This document shows positions 29,465 to 39,273 of a DNA stretch of 64,000 nucleotides, piece after piece (the stretch's first letter is position 1; the number at the start of each line of letters is the position of its first letter). Below the pieces are notes generated by a model that was not told the DNA's origin, made no database searches, and saw nothing but the letters and a program-made list of their open reading frames with translations. The translations under genes were made by a program, and so were the position numbers. Source of the DNA: Cenarchaeum sp. (GTDB lineage: Archaea > Thermoproteota > Nitrososphaeria > Nitrososphaerales > Nitrosopumilaceae); assembly GCA_965206845.1 (NCBI GenBank), contig OZ242221.1, positions 576,001 through 640,000 on the forward strand. Direction: 5' to 3'.

Positions 29465-30508
29465 ATGGCAACAAAAAGCAAGTCAAGTTCCAGAGCAACA
29501 AAGTCCAGAGCAACCTCCAGAGCAACAAAGCCCAGAGCAACAAAGCCCAGAGCAACCTCCCGGACAGTAAAGCCCAGAGCTACCGCCAGAGCAACAAAGC
29601 CCAGAGCAGCCCCCAAAGTAACAAAGAGAGATCTAGAGGACAAGATTTCCCGGCTTGAGACGATACTAATGGAATTGTCTGCCAGCGTGAACGCAAAACA
29701 GGCAGCGGAGGCAAAACCGAAGCCAGCAGAGACAAAGCCGAAGCCAGCAGAAGTAAAGCCGAAGCCAGCAGAGGTGGCACCGAAGCCCAAGTCGCTTCCC
29801 AAGGTGTCCAAGCCGGCAGAGGTGGCACCGAAGCCCAAGTCGCTTCCCAAGGTGTCCAAGCCGGCAGAGGCAAAGCCGAAGCCAGCACCAAAGCCCGCAA
29901 CAAAGAAGGCAGATCTTCCAGCAACCATCAGCGACGCACTAGAGCATGCCTACTCGAACGCAGCAATGACCGATACGCACGCCTACAAGCAGAAGGTGCC
30001 AGGATACTCACCGTCAGGAAACAGGTACTATGTCAGACTGCACGCGCCGGAAGGCTCGGCCGCAATAGAAAGCTGGCATGCCCAAAAGGCAAAAGTGCCC
30101 GGCTACACGCAACCCTCAAACCAGTACTTTGCAACAAGACAGAGACTGGCATGGCACCAGCCGACAAAGAGGTTTACCGCATACGGCATGAAGATTCAGG
30201 GCGTATCCGAGACTGCAAAAGCACAGACACAGCAGGCTCCACCTCCACCGCCAGAAGCAAGCGCTCCACCACCACAGCCCACACAGAAGGGCTCCAAGCA
30301 GAGCGAACTGGAGGCATACGAAGCAGAATACCTGAAGAAACTCGAGCTAGCAAAGCAGCAACGGGCCAAGGCAAGACAGCAACAGGCAGAACCAAAGCCC
30401 GCAGCAAAGCCAAAGGCCGGAGCACTCCCCAAGAGAACCAAGCCCGCCGAACCGCCAAAACCTGCTGCACCAAAACAGTCTAGTGGCAAACTACCAAAGG
30501 GTTTCTAA
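29465..30508 (+). CDS. Lys/Ala/Pro-rich low-complexity protein with RATKP repeats and coiled coils
   Basis: 347-aa ORF, A-rich coding strand, T-rich terminator downstream. Confidence 0.85.
   Translation: MATKSKSSSRATKSRATSRATKPRATKPRATSRTVKPRATARATKPRAAPKVTKRDLEDKISRLETILMELSASVNAKQAAEAKPKPAETKPKPAEVKPKPAEVAPKPKSLPKVSKPAEVAPKPKSLPKVSKPAEAKPKPAPKPATKKADLPATISDALEHAYSNAAMTDTHAYKQKVPGYSPSGNRYYVRLHAPEGSAAIESWHAQKAKVPGYTQPSNQYFATRQRLAWHQPTKRFTAYGMKIQGVSETAKAQTQQAPPPPPEASAPPPQPTQKGSKQSELEAYEAEYLKKLELAKQQRAKARQQQAEPKPAAKPKAGALPKRTKPAEPPKPAAPKQSSGKLPKGF
29491..29610 (+). repeat. Degenerate 9-15 bp tandem repeat (CCAGAGCAACAAAGC) encoding RATKP/RATS
   Basis: Repeated ccagagcaac units visible directly. 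Confidence 0.85.
29771..29866 (+). repeat. Perfect 48-bp tandem duplication (EVAPKPKSLPKVSKPA x2)
   Basis: 29771-29818 identical to 29819-29866. Confidence 0.92.
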
Positions 30509-30518
30509 CCCACCACAA

Positions 30519-30528
30519 TTTTATTTTT
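30519..30528 (+). terminator. Putative oligo-T terminator
   Basis: TTTTATTTTT 10 bp after the stop of 29465..30508. Confidence 0.5.
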
Positions 30529-30985
30529 AATTTGCGAACATTCCCAGCACCTGCTCTGAATGACCTGCAGGTTTTACCTTTGCAAATATCTTGAAGATTT
30601 TGCCGCTCTCGTCAACAAGAAACGTGCTGCGGACGACGCCCATGTACTCCCGGCCCATGAACTTCTTCTTCGCCCAGACCCCAAATTTTTGGGACACCTG
30701 CTTTTCCGTGTCCGACAGCAGCGGAAAGCGGATTCCCATCTTGTCGCAGAACTTTCTATGGGATCTGGTATCATCGGGGCTGATTCCGATTACCTCGATG
30801 CCGGCTTCTCTGAATCTTTCATAGTTTTTTGCAAACTCGTCTGCCTCCGTGGTGCACCCAGGCGTAAAGTCCCTTGGATAAAAGTAGATCACGTATTTTT
30901 GGCCTGCAAGATCAGATGAACTGACCAGCTTTCCGTCTGCATCCTGCAGTTCAAAAGATGGAACAGGCTCGCCCTCGCTTATCAT
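30527..30985 (-). CDS. bcp: Peroxiredoxin, BCP/PrxQ type
   Basis: YFYPRDFTPGCTTEA, GISPD, RSTFLVD. Confidence 0.94.
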   Translation of the reverse strand: MISEGEPVPSFELQDADGKLVSSSDLAGQKYVIYFYPRDFTPGCTTEADEFAKNYERFREAGIEVIGISPDDTRSHRKFCDKMGIRFPLLSDTEKQVSQKFGVWAKKKFMGREYMGVVRSTFLVDESGKIFKIFAKVKPAGHSEQVLGMFAN

Positions 30986-31047
30986 GGATGCCGTGCACTA
31001 CAGCCCTCATAAATTATTTCGTACCGCGGTATCTGAAGGGTGCCGCG

Positions 31048-31383
31048 CTACCTTATCGGGCTTCCCGGAGGGGCGCTCTCGCCTGCCTCCAGCCAGAAGG
31101 GCACGCCATCCACATCCGCTGCAAGAAGCATGGCCTCTGACTCGATTCCGGCCACCTTCTTTGGCTCCAGATTTACAATCGCGATGACCCTCCTCCCCAT
31201 CATCTCTTCCGGGGTGCAGTGTTGGGCACCGCCGATGATCACGTTGCGCTCTTCGTTTCCTATGTCTACGGTGCCGCGCATGATACGGGTCTTGCCTGGG
31301 ATGGGCTCCGCTGCGATCACCCTTGCAACCCGGATATCCAGGCTGCCAAACGTGCTGTAGGGTACGCGCTCCACAGGTGCCAT
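31048..31383 (-). CDS. tRNA-binding OB-fold protein (Trbp111/CsaA-like)
   Basis: LDIRVARV, IVNLEPKKVAGIESEAMLLA; real start at MAPVERV. Confidence 0.88.
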   Translation of the reverse strand: MAPVERVPYSTFGSLDIRVARVIAAEPIPGKTRIMRGTVDIGNEERNVIIGGAQHCTPEEMMGRRVIAIVNLEPKKVAGIESEAMLLAADVDGVPFWLEAGESAPPGSPIR

Positions 31384-31524
31384 ACCACGTCTGGATATAA
31401 AACTGATTTCAGGCTGGATCCATACCGGGTCGCCTGCTGCATCGAGTAATGAACAAGGATTATCTCGGATGCGCGTCTTTGTGCCTGAATGAGGAGGAAG
31501 CATGGCAGCATGCCGGAACTGCAG

Positions 31525-31662
31525 AGACATGATCCGCAATTAAGAATCGGGCCTTCGATGCCCATAATCTTACAGATGTGTGCTCCAAAGCATGCAACTT
31601 TCGTATGATTATGCCAAAGATCGTGCTCTAATATGCCTGCGTGCTAATTACGAATCACATCT
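31525..31662 (-). mobile_element. 138-bp MITE, copy 3 (inverted)
   Basis: Reverse complement of copy 2; CAG on both flanks of the + strand (CTG in element orientation). Confidence 0.9.
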
Positions 31663-31800
31663 CAGGTGGCCCATGCCCACATGTTCAGACACGCCTGTAG
31701 GCTGGACACGGATCATACAAAACATGGGGAGAGCTGGTCAGCCAGGATGGCAAAAAACAGACAACTAAATATAATTATACAGTTAGAGCGAAATCATAGC

Positions 31801-32217
31801 ATGGTGGTCATCAAGGCGTCAGTACAGATTGGTGCACCACAGGACAGGGTGTGGGATATCGTGTCAGATCTCGACCGCGAGCCGGAGTTCTGGAAGGGTA
31901 CAAAATCCGTCCGGAACATCTCAAGGAATGGCAACAGGGTTGTGCGGGAGGTTACAATTGCGTTCAAGGACAAAAAATGCATGCAGGAGATCACGCTCGA
32001 GCCAAGGAACAGGATCGCCGTCGAGTTTACCGAAGGCATAATCCTAGGCTCCAAGTCCATAGCACTGCGCGGAGGCGGTGACGGCACGACACTTGAGGCG
32101 CGGTGGGACATCACGATGTCTGGAATGATGGGCATCTTTACCGGCATGATAAAAAAGCACATCCGAAGCGGAACCGAGCAGGCGCTTTACGCAATAAAGG
32201 AGAAGGCAGAGGGGTGA
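31801..32217 (+). CDS. SRPBCC/START-domain (polyketide cyclase-like) protein
   Basis: SVQIGAPQDRVWDIVSDLDREPEFW. Confidence 0.85.
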   Translation: MVVIKASVQIGAPQDRVWDIVSDLDREPEFWKGTKSVRNISRNGNRVVREVTIAFKDKKCMQEITLEPRNRIAVEFTEGIILGSKSIALRGGGDGTTLEARWDITMSGMMGIFTGMIKKHIRSGTEQALYAIKEKAEG

Positions 32218-33437
32218 CAGATATAGAGATCGCAGTAGTGGTAATTCACTATATCCTGGCAGCAGTTATGATAGCCGTTGCCGTAACTTGGGTGTGGCTG
32301 ATAAGAACCATGCAGAGAACACTTGCAAAGACGCCTCTCCTTGACGAGTTCCAGGCAGCCGACCACACGAGTCCCAAAGTGTCGGTAATCCTGCCTGCAA
32401 GAAACGAAGAGAAGTACCTCGAAGGGTGCCTCGACTCGCTGCTGAGCCAAGACTATGCAAACTATGAGATAGTTGTAGTGGACGACTCGTCCCAAGACAG
32501 AACGGGACAGATAATTCAGAACTATGCCAAAAAGGATCCCCGCGTGATCCATGTCGCTGCCAGGCCCAAGCCAGATGACTGGATGGGAAAGAGCTGGGCA
32601 TGCAGCGAGGGATACCGCAAGGCATCAGGCACCCTGCTGCTCCTTACCGATGCCGACACAAAGCACTCCAGCAACGCAGTCTCGCTTGCAGTCGCGCACC
32701 TTCTGTCTGCCGGACTAGATGCGCTGACGGCCGGTCCGCGGATACTGTGCTTTGACTTCTGGACTAGGATTGTCCTGCCAGTGATCTCCACGTTTCTTCA
32801 CACCCAATTCTCCGCACTACGGGCAAACGATCCATCCAATAAGTTTGGGTACTTTTTTGGCAGCTTCTTCATCATAAAGAGAGAGACATACGATGCGGTG
32901 GGAACGCACGAGGCGGTAAGGCATGAGATCATTGAGGATGGCGCGCTGGGAGCGATGGTGAAGCAATCCGGGCACAAGATGAAAGTGGTGCGGGGAGATC
33001 ACCTCATCGACGCGGTGTGGGCCCGCGACGCATCTACCTTGTGGAATGCCATAAAGCGCACGATGGTTCCAGTGTACCGGCAGAGCAGATCTGCCGCGAT
33101 GGGCATCACCGCAGCCACGACGTTTCTGTTCTTTATGCCGCTTCTGCTTCTGGCATACTCTGCACTGCATACAGCATCAGGATATGCCGGCGCGGACTCT
33201 GGCGTCCTGCTGTGGGCCTCGCTGGCTGCATTGCTTCTCGTATATACAGCCGGCATTATCGAGTGCCGAGCCATGCAGGTCGGGATCCGGTACGCAGTCC
33301 TGATACCCCTTGGAGGCCTCGTAATGACGCTGGGTTTTCTGAGCGGCCTGATTCACGCAAAGAGCGACACCGCAGTATCATGGAGAAACAGGGACTACGC
33401 GATGAAGGATCGCTTCAGAAGCCCGGCGGCCACGTAG
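32214..33437 (+). CDS. Membrane GT2 glycosyltransferase (CrtQ/CruC-like)
   Basis: VSVILPARNEE, VDDSSQD, WMGKSWA, TDAD, IIEDGALG, WRNRDY; GTG start overlaps SRPBCC stop. Confidence 0.88.
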   Translation: MTDIEIAVVVIHYILAAVMIAVAVTWVWLIRTMQRTLAKTPLLDEFQAADHTSPKVSVILPARNEEKYLEGCLDSLLSQDYANYEIVVVDDSSQDRTGQIIQNYAKKDPRVIHVAARPKPDDWMGKSWACSEGYRKASGTLLLLTDADTKHSSNAVSLAVAHLLSAGLDALTAGPRILCFDFWTRIVLPVISTFLHTQFSALRANDPSNKFGYFFGSFFIIKRETYDAVGTHEAVRHEIIEDGALGAMVKQSGHKMKVVRGDHLIDAVWARDASTLWNAIKRTMVPVYRQSRSAAMGITAATTFLFFMPLLLLAYSALHTASGYAGADSGVLLWASLAALLLVYTAGIIECRAMQVGIRYAVLIPLGGLVMTLGFLSGLIHAKSDTAVSWRNRDYAMKDRFRSPAAT

Positions 33438-33714
33438 CGTCCGGTGACACATCAGGCACCCCGGTGCTGCCATGATCTTGCAGGAGGCGCAGGCGACGGA
33501 TCTGGGAAAGGCCGGCAAGATCGGAGATCCCTGCGGTGCGGGGCCGTACGCACCATTAACTCGCCAGGGCATGCGGCATGGATTGCAGGGGATGGCATGC
33601 GGCACTAGCACGAAGTCGCCTGCTGCATCGAGTCAGACGCGAGTATACGCCTGAAACGCGTGTGCCCAGATGGAGACGCGGCTTCGTGTCAAACCCAAGC
33701 TTTTTAGAAAGTTG

Positions 33715-34917
33715 ATGCAAACACATGTAGATTTGAAATCTGCCCTAGTTATGACGGTTGTAGCTGTGATAGCCATAGCCATGGTAGCAGCGGCGCTGCT
33801 TTCGTGGCCGGTTCCGGATGTAGAACCACTTCAGACTCCTGCCCAAGGTACTCTAGATGTGCCGAAGGCCATCACAGATGAGACTTCCCTGCCGGTTCCG
33901 GCAGCGGCAGACGAAGGCAGGGCAGTACCGGTCAGCACCGACATCCTTACGCTGGTAGACATATTTGAGCAGAACGAGGCGGGGGTTGTAAGGGTGAGCG
34001 TGCAGAGGCCGGACACCCTCGACATCGGAAGAATCGGCTCCGGCTTTGTATTTGACAAGCAGGGCCACATAGTCACCAACGCGCATGTGGTCAGCGACGC
34101 GACAAAGATTGTGGTTACACTCACCGACGGCATGGAGTACAATGCAGAATTGACAGGGATGGATCCCTTTACGGACATAGCCGTGATAAGGATAGATGCG
34201 GATCCCTCCACACTGCACCCCATGGTGCTGGGGGACTCGTCCAACCTCAGGGTGGGTGAGCAGGTTGCCGCAATCGGAAACCCCTTTGGGCTGTCAGGCT
34301 CGATGACCGCCGGAATAGTCAGCCAGATAGGGAGGCTGATTCCGGCCCATGAGAGTGGCTTTTCCATACCCGAGGCCATACAGACGGATGCGGCCATAAA
34401 CCCTGGAAACTCCGGGGGCCCGCTACTGAATATGTGGGGCGGTGTGGTGGGAATCAACACGGCAATCCAGTCCGGTACCGGCCAGTTTGCCGGTGTGGGG
34501 TTTGCGGTGCCGTCCCAGACGGTAGCAAAGATAGTTCCAAGCCTGATCAGGGACGGGGAGTACAGGCACCCATGGCTGGGAGTTACGGGCCAGAACATAG
34601 ATCCTGACCTGGCCCGGCTGCTGAACCTGACAGACACCCTGGGCTTTCTGATAGTGGATGTGGTCCCGGACAGCCCTGCATCAGAGGCCGGACTCCATGG
34701 AACTACGCAGGTGATATCGTCTGACGGCGTGGACTATCTCGTCGGGGGAGACATTGTCCGCTCGATAGACGGAGTCGAGGTAAGGAAGATAGACGACATA
34801 CTGATCCACCTGCAGAGAAACAAGGCGGTTGGCGATCAGGCCGTTCTGGAGATCCTGAGGGACGGCAGCATTCTTGAGATCACGGTATCCCTGGGAGAGA
34901 GGCCGTCCTCTAGATAG
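33715..34917 (+). CDS. HtrA/DegP-like serine protease with PDZ domain
   Basis: GSGF, VTNAHVV, DIAV, QTDAAINPGNSGGPL, PDZ; N-terminal TM helix. Confidence 0.95.
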   Translation: MQTHVDLKSALVMTVVAVIAIAMVAAALLSWPVPDVEPLQTPAQGTLDVPKAITDETSLPVPAAADEGRAVPVSTDILTLVDIFEQNEAGVVRVSVQRPDTLDIGRIGSGFVFDKQGHIVTNAHVVSDATKIVVTLTDGMEYNAELTGMDPFTDIAVIRIDADPSTLHPMVLGDSSNLRVGEQVAAIGNPFGLSGSMTAGIVSQIGRLIPAHESGFSIPEAIQTDAAINPGNSGGPLLNMWGGVVGINTAIQSGTGQFAGVGFAVPSQTVAKIVPSLIRDGEYRHPWLGVTGQNIDPDLARLLNLTDTLGFLIVDVVPDSPASEAGLHGTTQVISSDGVDYLVGGDIVRSIDGVEVRKIDDILIHLQRNKAVGDQAVLEILRDGSILEITVSLGERPSSR

Positions 34918-35100
34918 CCCCGATGCGCAGACGCCATCCGGGATCCATGGTATCGCCAGAGGGCCGGCGGCAATGCAGGATCGCTTGCATCTGGCCACAT
35001 ACGAGAACCCGACGGAGTCGCCCGTGTCCAAATGCGGGCGCGGCGTCACATCGGCGGGGGCGATGCAAAGATAAATACCGCATCTCAGAGAGAACCATCA

Positions 35101-36270
35101 TTGAGCAAACTCGTTCTGAGCTCAGAGTCATTAAACGGAATTCTTGATGGGAAGAGGGCATCACGCGACGACCTGCTTCAGGCATATGCAGAATCCTTGG
35201 ACGATCCCCGGGATCTTCTTGGTTTGGCGCAGACCCTCAGGGAGAAGAACAAGGGCCGCACCATCACATTCTCAAAGAAGGCGTTCTTCAATGCAATAAA
35301 CATGTGCAGGGACACCTGCTCGTACTGCACGTACCGGGCCGAGCCCGGCGATGCAAAGGCATCCATGATGCCCGTATCTCGAGTCCGGGAGCTTTTGCAG
35401 ATGGCAAAGAGGTATCGCTGCGTTGAGGCCCTCTTTGTTACCGGCGAGAGGCCCGAGGAGAGATATCCCCAGGTCAGGAGCTGGCTGCTCCGCGAGGGCT
35501 TTTCTGGCACCGCCGAGTACCTTGCCTGCTGCTCCCAGCTGGCCCTAGATGAGGGCCTGTTCCCGCACACCAACGCCGGCAATCTGCATGCAGACGAGCT
35601 TCACCTGTTAAAAGGCACAAACGTCAGCCTCGGCCTCATGCTTGAGAGCTCCAGCGCCAGACTTGCAGAGAGGGGCATGCCGCACCATCAGGCGCCCAGC
35701 AAGGTTCCTGCTGCCAGGCTAGAGGTGCTGGAGAATGCTGGCAGGCTGCGAATTCCCATGACCACCGGCATTCTGGTCGGAATAGGCGAGACGTCAGAAG
35801 AGATGATAGACTCGATTCTTGCCATGCGGAGCCTTCACGAGAGGTACGGCCACATACAGGAGATAATTCTGCAGAACTTTCAGCCAGAGCCCGGCACCGC
35901 AATGGGCAAGCGGCCCGGCGCGCAGGCAGCCTACTTTACGCGCGCCGTTGCGCTGGCAAGGATTGCCATGCCGGACATGAACATACAGGTTCCGCCTAAC
36001 CTCTCGCCGGACTCGTACCAGGACTTTCTTCTGGCCGGGATAAACGACTGGGGAGGGATATCCCCTATCACTCCGGACTTTGTAAACCCCGAATTTCCGT
36101 GGCCACAGCTGGCTCGCGTGGACGGACTGTCTAGGGCAGCCGGCTTTGAGCTCAAGTGCAGGTTTCCGGTGTATCCCGAGTTTGCTCAGATGGTGCCACA
36201 GGATCTGAGGGAGCGTATGCTACCGATGCAGGACGACTGTGGACTTGTAAGGGAGGACTACTGGAGATGA
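35101..36270 (+). CDS. cofG: FO synthase subunit CofG
   Basis: ITFSKK, CRDTCSYC, PHTNAG, TTGILVGIGE, QVPPNL, GINDWGGISP. Confidence 0.94.
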   Translation: MSKLVLSSESLNGILDGKRASRDDLLQAYAESLDDPRDLLGLAQTLREKNKGRTITFSKKAFFNAINMCRDTCSYCTYRAEPGDAKASMMPVSRVRELLQMAKRYRCVEALFVTGERPEERYPQVRSWLLREGFSGTAEYLACCSQLALDEGLFPHTNAGNLHADELHLLKGTNVSLGLMLESSSARLAERGMPHHQAPSKVPAARLEVLENAGRLRIPMTTGILVGIGETSEEMIDSILAMRSLHERYGHIQEIILQNFQPEPGTAMGKRPGAQAAYFTRAVALARIAMPDMNIQVPPNLSPDSYQDFLLAGINDWGGISPITPDFVNPEFPWPQLARVDGLSRAAGFELKCRFPVYPEFAQMVPQDLRERMLPMQDDCGLVREDYWR

Positions 36271-37514
36271 ATGCAGAGGCGCTGCTCCACGAGGCAGACC
36301 CGCTGGTATCACAGGCGCTGGAGCGCGCGCTATCAGATAGGGAGGTATCAGAGAGTGACGCGCTGATCCTGCTACAGGCCCGCGGCGCCGACTTTCATCT
36401 GGTTGGAATGGTAGCCGACGAGCTTCGCAGGCGCAGCGCCGGCGACCTAGTGACATACGTTGTAAATCGCAACATCAACTTTACAAACGTCTGCATCAAG
36501 CAGTGTGGCTTTTGCGCGTTCAGCCGGGACTTTAGGGAGGAGGAGGGATACTACCTTCCGCCATCAGAGATAGTGAGGCGCGCAGCCGAGGCGCACCGGA
36601 TGGGGGCCACCGAGGTATGCGTCCAAGCCGGCCTGCCCCCGGACATGCCCGGCGACACCTACGAGAAGATATGCCGTGCCATCAAGTCCGAGATACCAGA
36701 CATCCACATACACGGGTTCTCGCCCGAGGAGGTACTGTATGGCGCCGCAAGATCCGGCGTCACGGTGGTGGAGTTTCTGCGCAGGCTCAAAGAAGCCGGC
36801 GTAGACACCCTGCCAGGAACGTCTGCAGAGATACTGGACCAGGGGCTCCGCGACAGGATCTCGCCGGGAAGGATCACGGTAAAGGAGTGGGTGGGCGTGA
36901 TAACTGCCGCCCACAGGATGGGAATCCGCACAACATCCACCATGATGTTTGGACACCTAGAGTCACTCCAGGACAGGGTGCGGCACATTGCCAAGATACG
37001 CGACATCCAGAAGGAGACCGGGGGGTTTACCGAGTTTGTTCCGCTGAACTTCATCCACACAGAGGCGCCGATGTATGCAAGGAACCTGCACGACGGCATC
37101 AAGTCTGGAGCGTCAGCTCCGGATGTCATGCTGACCCACGCGGTATCAAGGATCATGCTGAACGGCCTCATAGACAACATCCAGATGTCTTGGGTCAAGG
37201 AGGGGCCGAGGTTTGCGCAGGTGCTTTTGGGCTGGGGCGCCAACGACTTTGGCGGGACGCTGATAAACGAGAGCATCTCCACATCTGCAGGGGCATCACA
37301 CGGGCAGCTGCTAAGACCCAAGCAGATCCGGCAGCTGGCAAGGGACATCGGAAGGACTCCCGCCGAGCGCGACACGAGATACGGGATCATCAGGACGTTT
37401 GACGACGAGCCTAAGGAAGGCGCACTGGATGTGGCAGCAGACTCGCAGTTTGGATCCTACTTTGAGCTCGTCAAGATCAAAAAGTTCCGATACGACAATC
37501 CGCGGACAAGGTAA
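36267..37514 (+). CDS. cofH: FO synthase subunit CofH
   Basis: VTYVVNRNINFTNVCIKQCGFCAF, PGTSAEIL, SWVKEG, GANDFGGTLINESI. Confidence 0.94.
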   Translation: MNAEALLHEADPLVSQALERALSDREVSESDALILLQARGADFHLVGMVADELRRRSAGDLVTYVVNRNINFTNVCIKQCGFCAFSRDFREEEGYYLPPSEIVRRAAEAHRMGATEVCVQAGLPPDMPGDTYEKICRAIKSEIPDIHIHGFSPEEVLYGAARSGVTVVEFLRRLKEAGVDTLPGTSAEILDQGLRDRISPGRITVKEWVGVITAAHRMGIRTTSTMMFGHLESLQDRVRHIAKIRDIQKETGGFTEFVPLNFIHTEAPMYARNLHDGIKSGASAPDVMLTHAVSRIMLNGLIDNIQMSWVKEGPRFAQVLLGWGANDFGGTLINESISTSAGASHGQLLRPKQIRQLARDIGRTPAERDTRYGIIRTFDDEPKEGALDVAADSQFGSYFELVKIKKFRYDNPRTR

Positions 37515-37527
37515 GCTTCTACGCGCA

Positions 37528-38073
37528 TCACTGCCGCTGCCTTAGCGCCCCGGATATCAGCCATCCCGCAACCAGCATACTCCCGATCTTCAGCCCCGTG
37601 CCGAGATCTGTCTTGGTTTTTGGTTCTGGGAGCTGCAGGATCGACTCCTCGATGATCTTTTTTACGTATTTTTGCGATTTGTTGTGGTATATCCACAGCG
37701 TGCCAAAATAGTGCAAGATTATGCTCATGCCCTCCTTGAGGGCCGGAATCCACCTGTAGGTCAGGTGCTCGATATACTCGCTTGATACCTCCACCTCGCC
37801 GTCGAGCTGTATGCGGTCGCCGTGCCGGTAGAACCGGAAGTGGATCTGCCAGTCGCCGATTCTCTTTACCACTCCGCGGCCGAGCTGGCCCCCTTTGGTA
37901 AACTCCATACTGGTTTTGCAGAAGCCCTCCCTTGCAAATATGTCTCGCACATCACTTTCGGACTTGTCAGTCTCAACCACCAGCTGCCTGCTCTTCCAAG
38001 AATCCTCGGCCATCTGAACCATGGTTCCGTCCTCCAGCTCCACCGTCTGTGGGTACGAGATCGAGACCGTCAT
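37528..38073 (-). CDS. Hypothetical protein with C-terminal TM anchor
   Basis: 181-aa ORF with a C-terminal hydrophobic helix and basic tail. Confidence 0.7.
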   Translation of the reverse strand: MTVSISYPQTVELEDGTMVQMAEDSWKSRQLVVETDKSESDVRDIFAREGFCKTSMEFTKGGQLGRGVVKRIGDWQIHFRFYRHGDRIQLDGEVEVSSEYIEHLTYRWIPALKEGMSIILHYFGTLWIYHNKSQKYVKKIIEESILQLPEPKTKTDLGTGLKIGSMLVAGWLISGALRQRQ

Positions 38074-38319
38074 CTGTAAGGAGTTGCCGCTCAGTCTTTA
38101 TTAGTTCTGTTGTTCTAGGTTTCTTTTACATGAATTCATGATCAGTGCAAGGCCGTGATCAAAAAATGCACCATCGAATGTCAGATGAACCCAGACCTTA
38201 CTAACTCGCATAAAGCGACAAAGAGGCGTTATGCTTTCCTGCAGCTTCTGCACCACGACTGAGGCCTAGCCATCCCATTCGCGTTGCGAAAACCGAACTT
38301 TTTTCAGCTTCCAACCCCG

Positions 38320-39273
38320 CTAGAGCGAGCAGCATTCATAGCCGATTCCTGCACCAATGCCGGTCAGAAACTGGTAGATCAGGTACCCCGCAAGCAGTCC
38401 GATTCCCACCGCCTTGCCAATCCTGCCCATCCGCAGTCCCACAAGCATCACCATGCTAAACGCAATCATCACCACATAGTCAGCAAAGACCTGCTGCGCC
38501 ACAACGATTCCAGACAGCGTAGCCGATATCCCGACTATCATCAGTATGTTGTAGATGTTGCTTCCGATGATGTTTCCGATGCCGATGTCTGTATACCCTC
38601 TCCTGATGGCAATTACCGAGGTGATCAGCTCCGGCAGGGACGTGCCGATGGCTATGACCGTCAGGCCGATGTACCGATCCGAAACACCAAAGCTCTGCGC
38701 CAGCGCCTCTGCGTTGTCTATCGTAAGTATGGCCCCGATCCCGAGAAGGGCAACGCCCGCGCCGATGAGTAACACGGACTTTGGCACTGTCTTGTCTGCT
38801 GGTGTACCCTCTATCTTGGCTGCCTTCTTTCTTGAGCTCCGGTACATGTAAGCGGTAAAGGCGATCAGCAGTACGACCAGAACCGTGCCTTCCAGATGGG
38901 AGATCTCGCCGCCAACCGACAGCGCCACCAGCAGAACCGAGAACCCGATCATGACGGGGATCTCTATCCTCAAGGATCCCTTCTTTATTATCAGTGGAGC
39001 CATAATTGCGGCCACGCCTATCACCATCCCGATGTTCGCTATGTTGCTGCCGACCACGTTGCCGAGGATTATTTCCCCGTTGTCCCCGGCAGCTAGGCTG
39101 GCGGCAAGCTCCGGTGTTGACGTTCCCATGGCAACTATGGTTATGCCGATCACCATGGGACTTATTCCGAACCTCCTGGCCACGCTTATGCCGCCGCCGA
39201 CAAGCCAGTGTCCCCCAAAGCACAGCATGACTATCCCTGCAGCGGTCAGGACCACGTTCAGCACAACGTCCAT
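38320..39273 (-). CDS. Calcium/sodium antiporter (YrbG/CaCA)
   Basis: Two alpha repeats: GTSTPEL..GNVVGSN and GTSLPEL..GNIIGSN. Confidence 0.94.
   Translation of the reverse strand: MDVVLNVVLTAAGIVMLCFGGHWLVGGGISVARRFGISPMVIGITIVAMGTSTPELAASLAAGDNGEIILGNVVGSNIANIGMVIGVAAIMAPLIIKKGSLRIEIPVMIGFSVLLVALSVGGEISHLEGTVLVVLLIAFTAYMYRSSRKKAAKIEGTPADKTVPKSVLLIGAGVALLGIGAILTIDNAEALAQSFGVSDRYIGLTVIAIGTSLPELITSVIAIRRGYTDIGIGNIIGSNIYNILMIVGISATLSGIVVAQQVFADYVVMIAFSMVMLVGLRMGRIGKAVGIGLLAGYLIYQFLTGIGAGIGYECCSL

Noticed and set aside
26159-31662. Repeat copies as a CRISPR array or as small ORFs (MHALEHTSVRLW..., MGIEGPILNCG...)
   Set aside because: Only three dispersed 138-bp copies with inverted ends and no spacer structure; the ORFs are read-through artefacts of the MITE
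31384-31800. N-terminal extensions of the tRNA-binding and SRPBCC ORFs
   Set aside because: They start in the MITE or spacer; family similarity begins at 31383 and 31801
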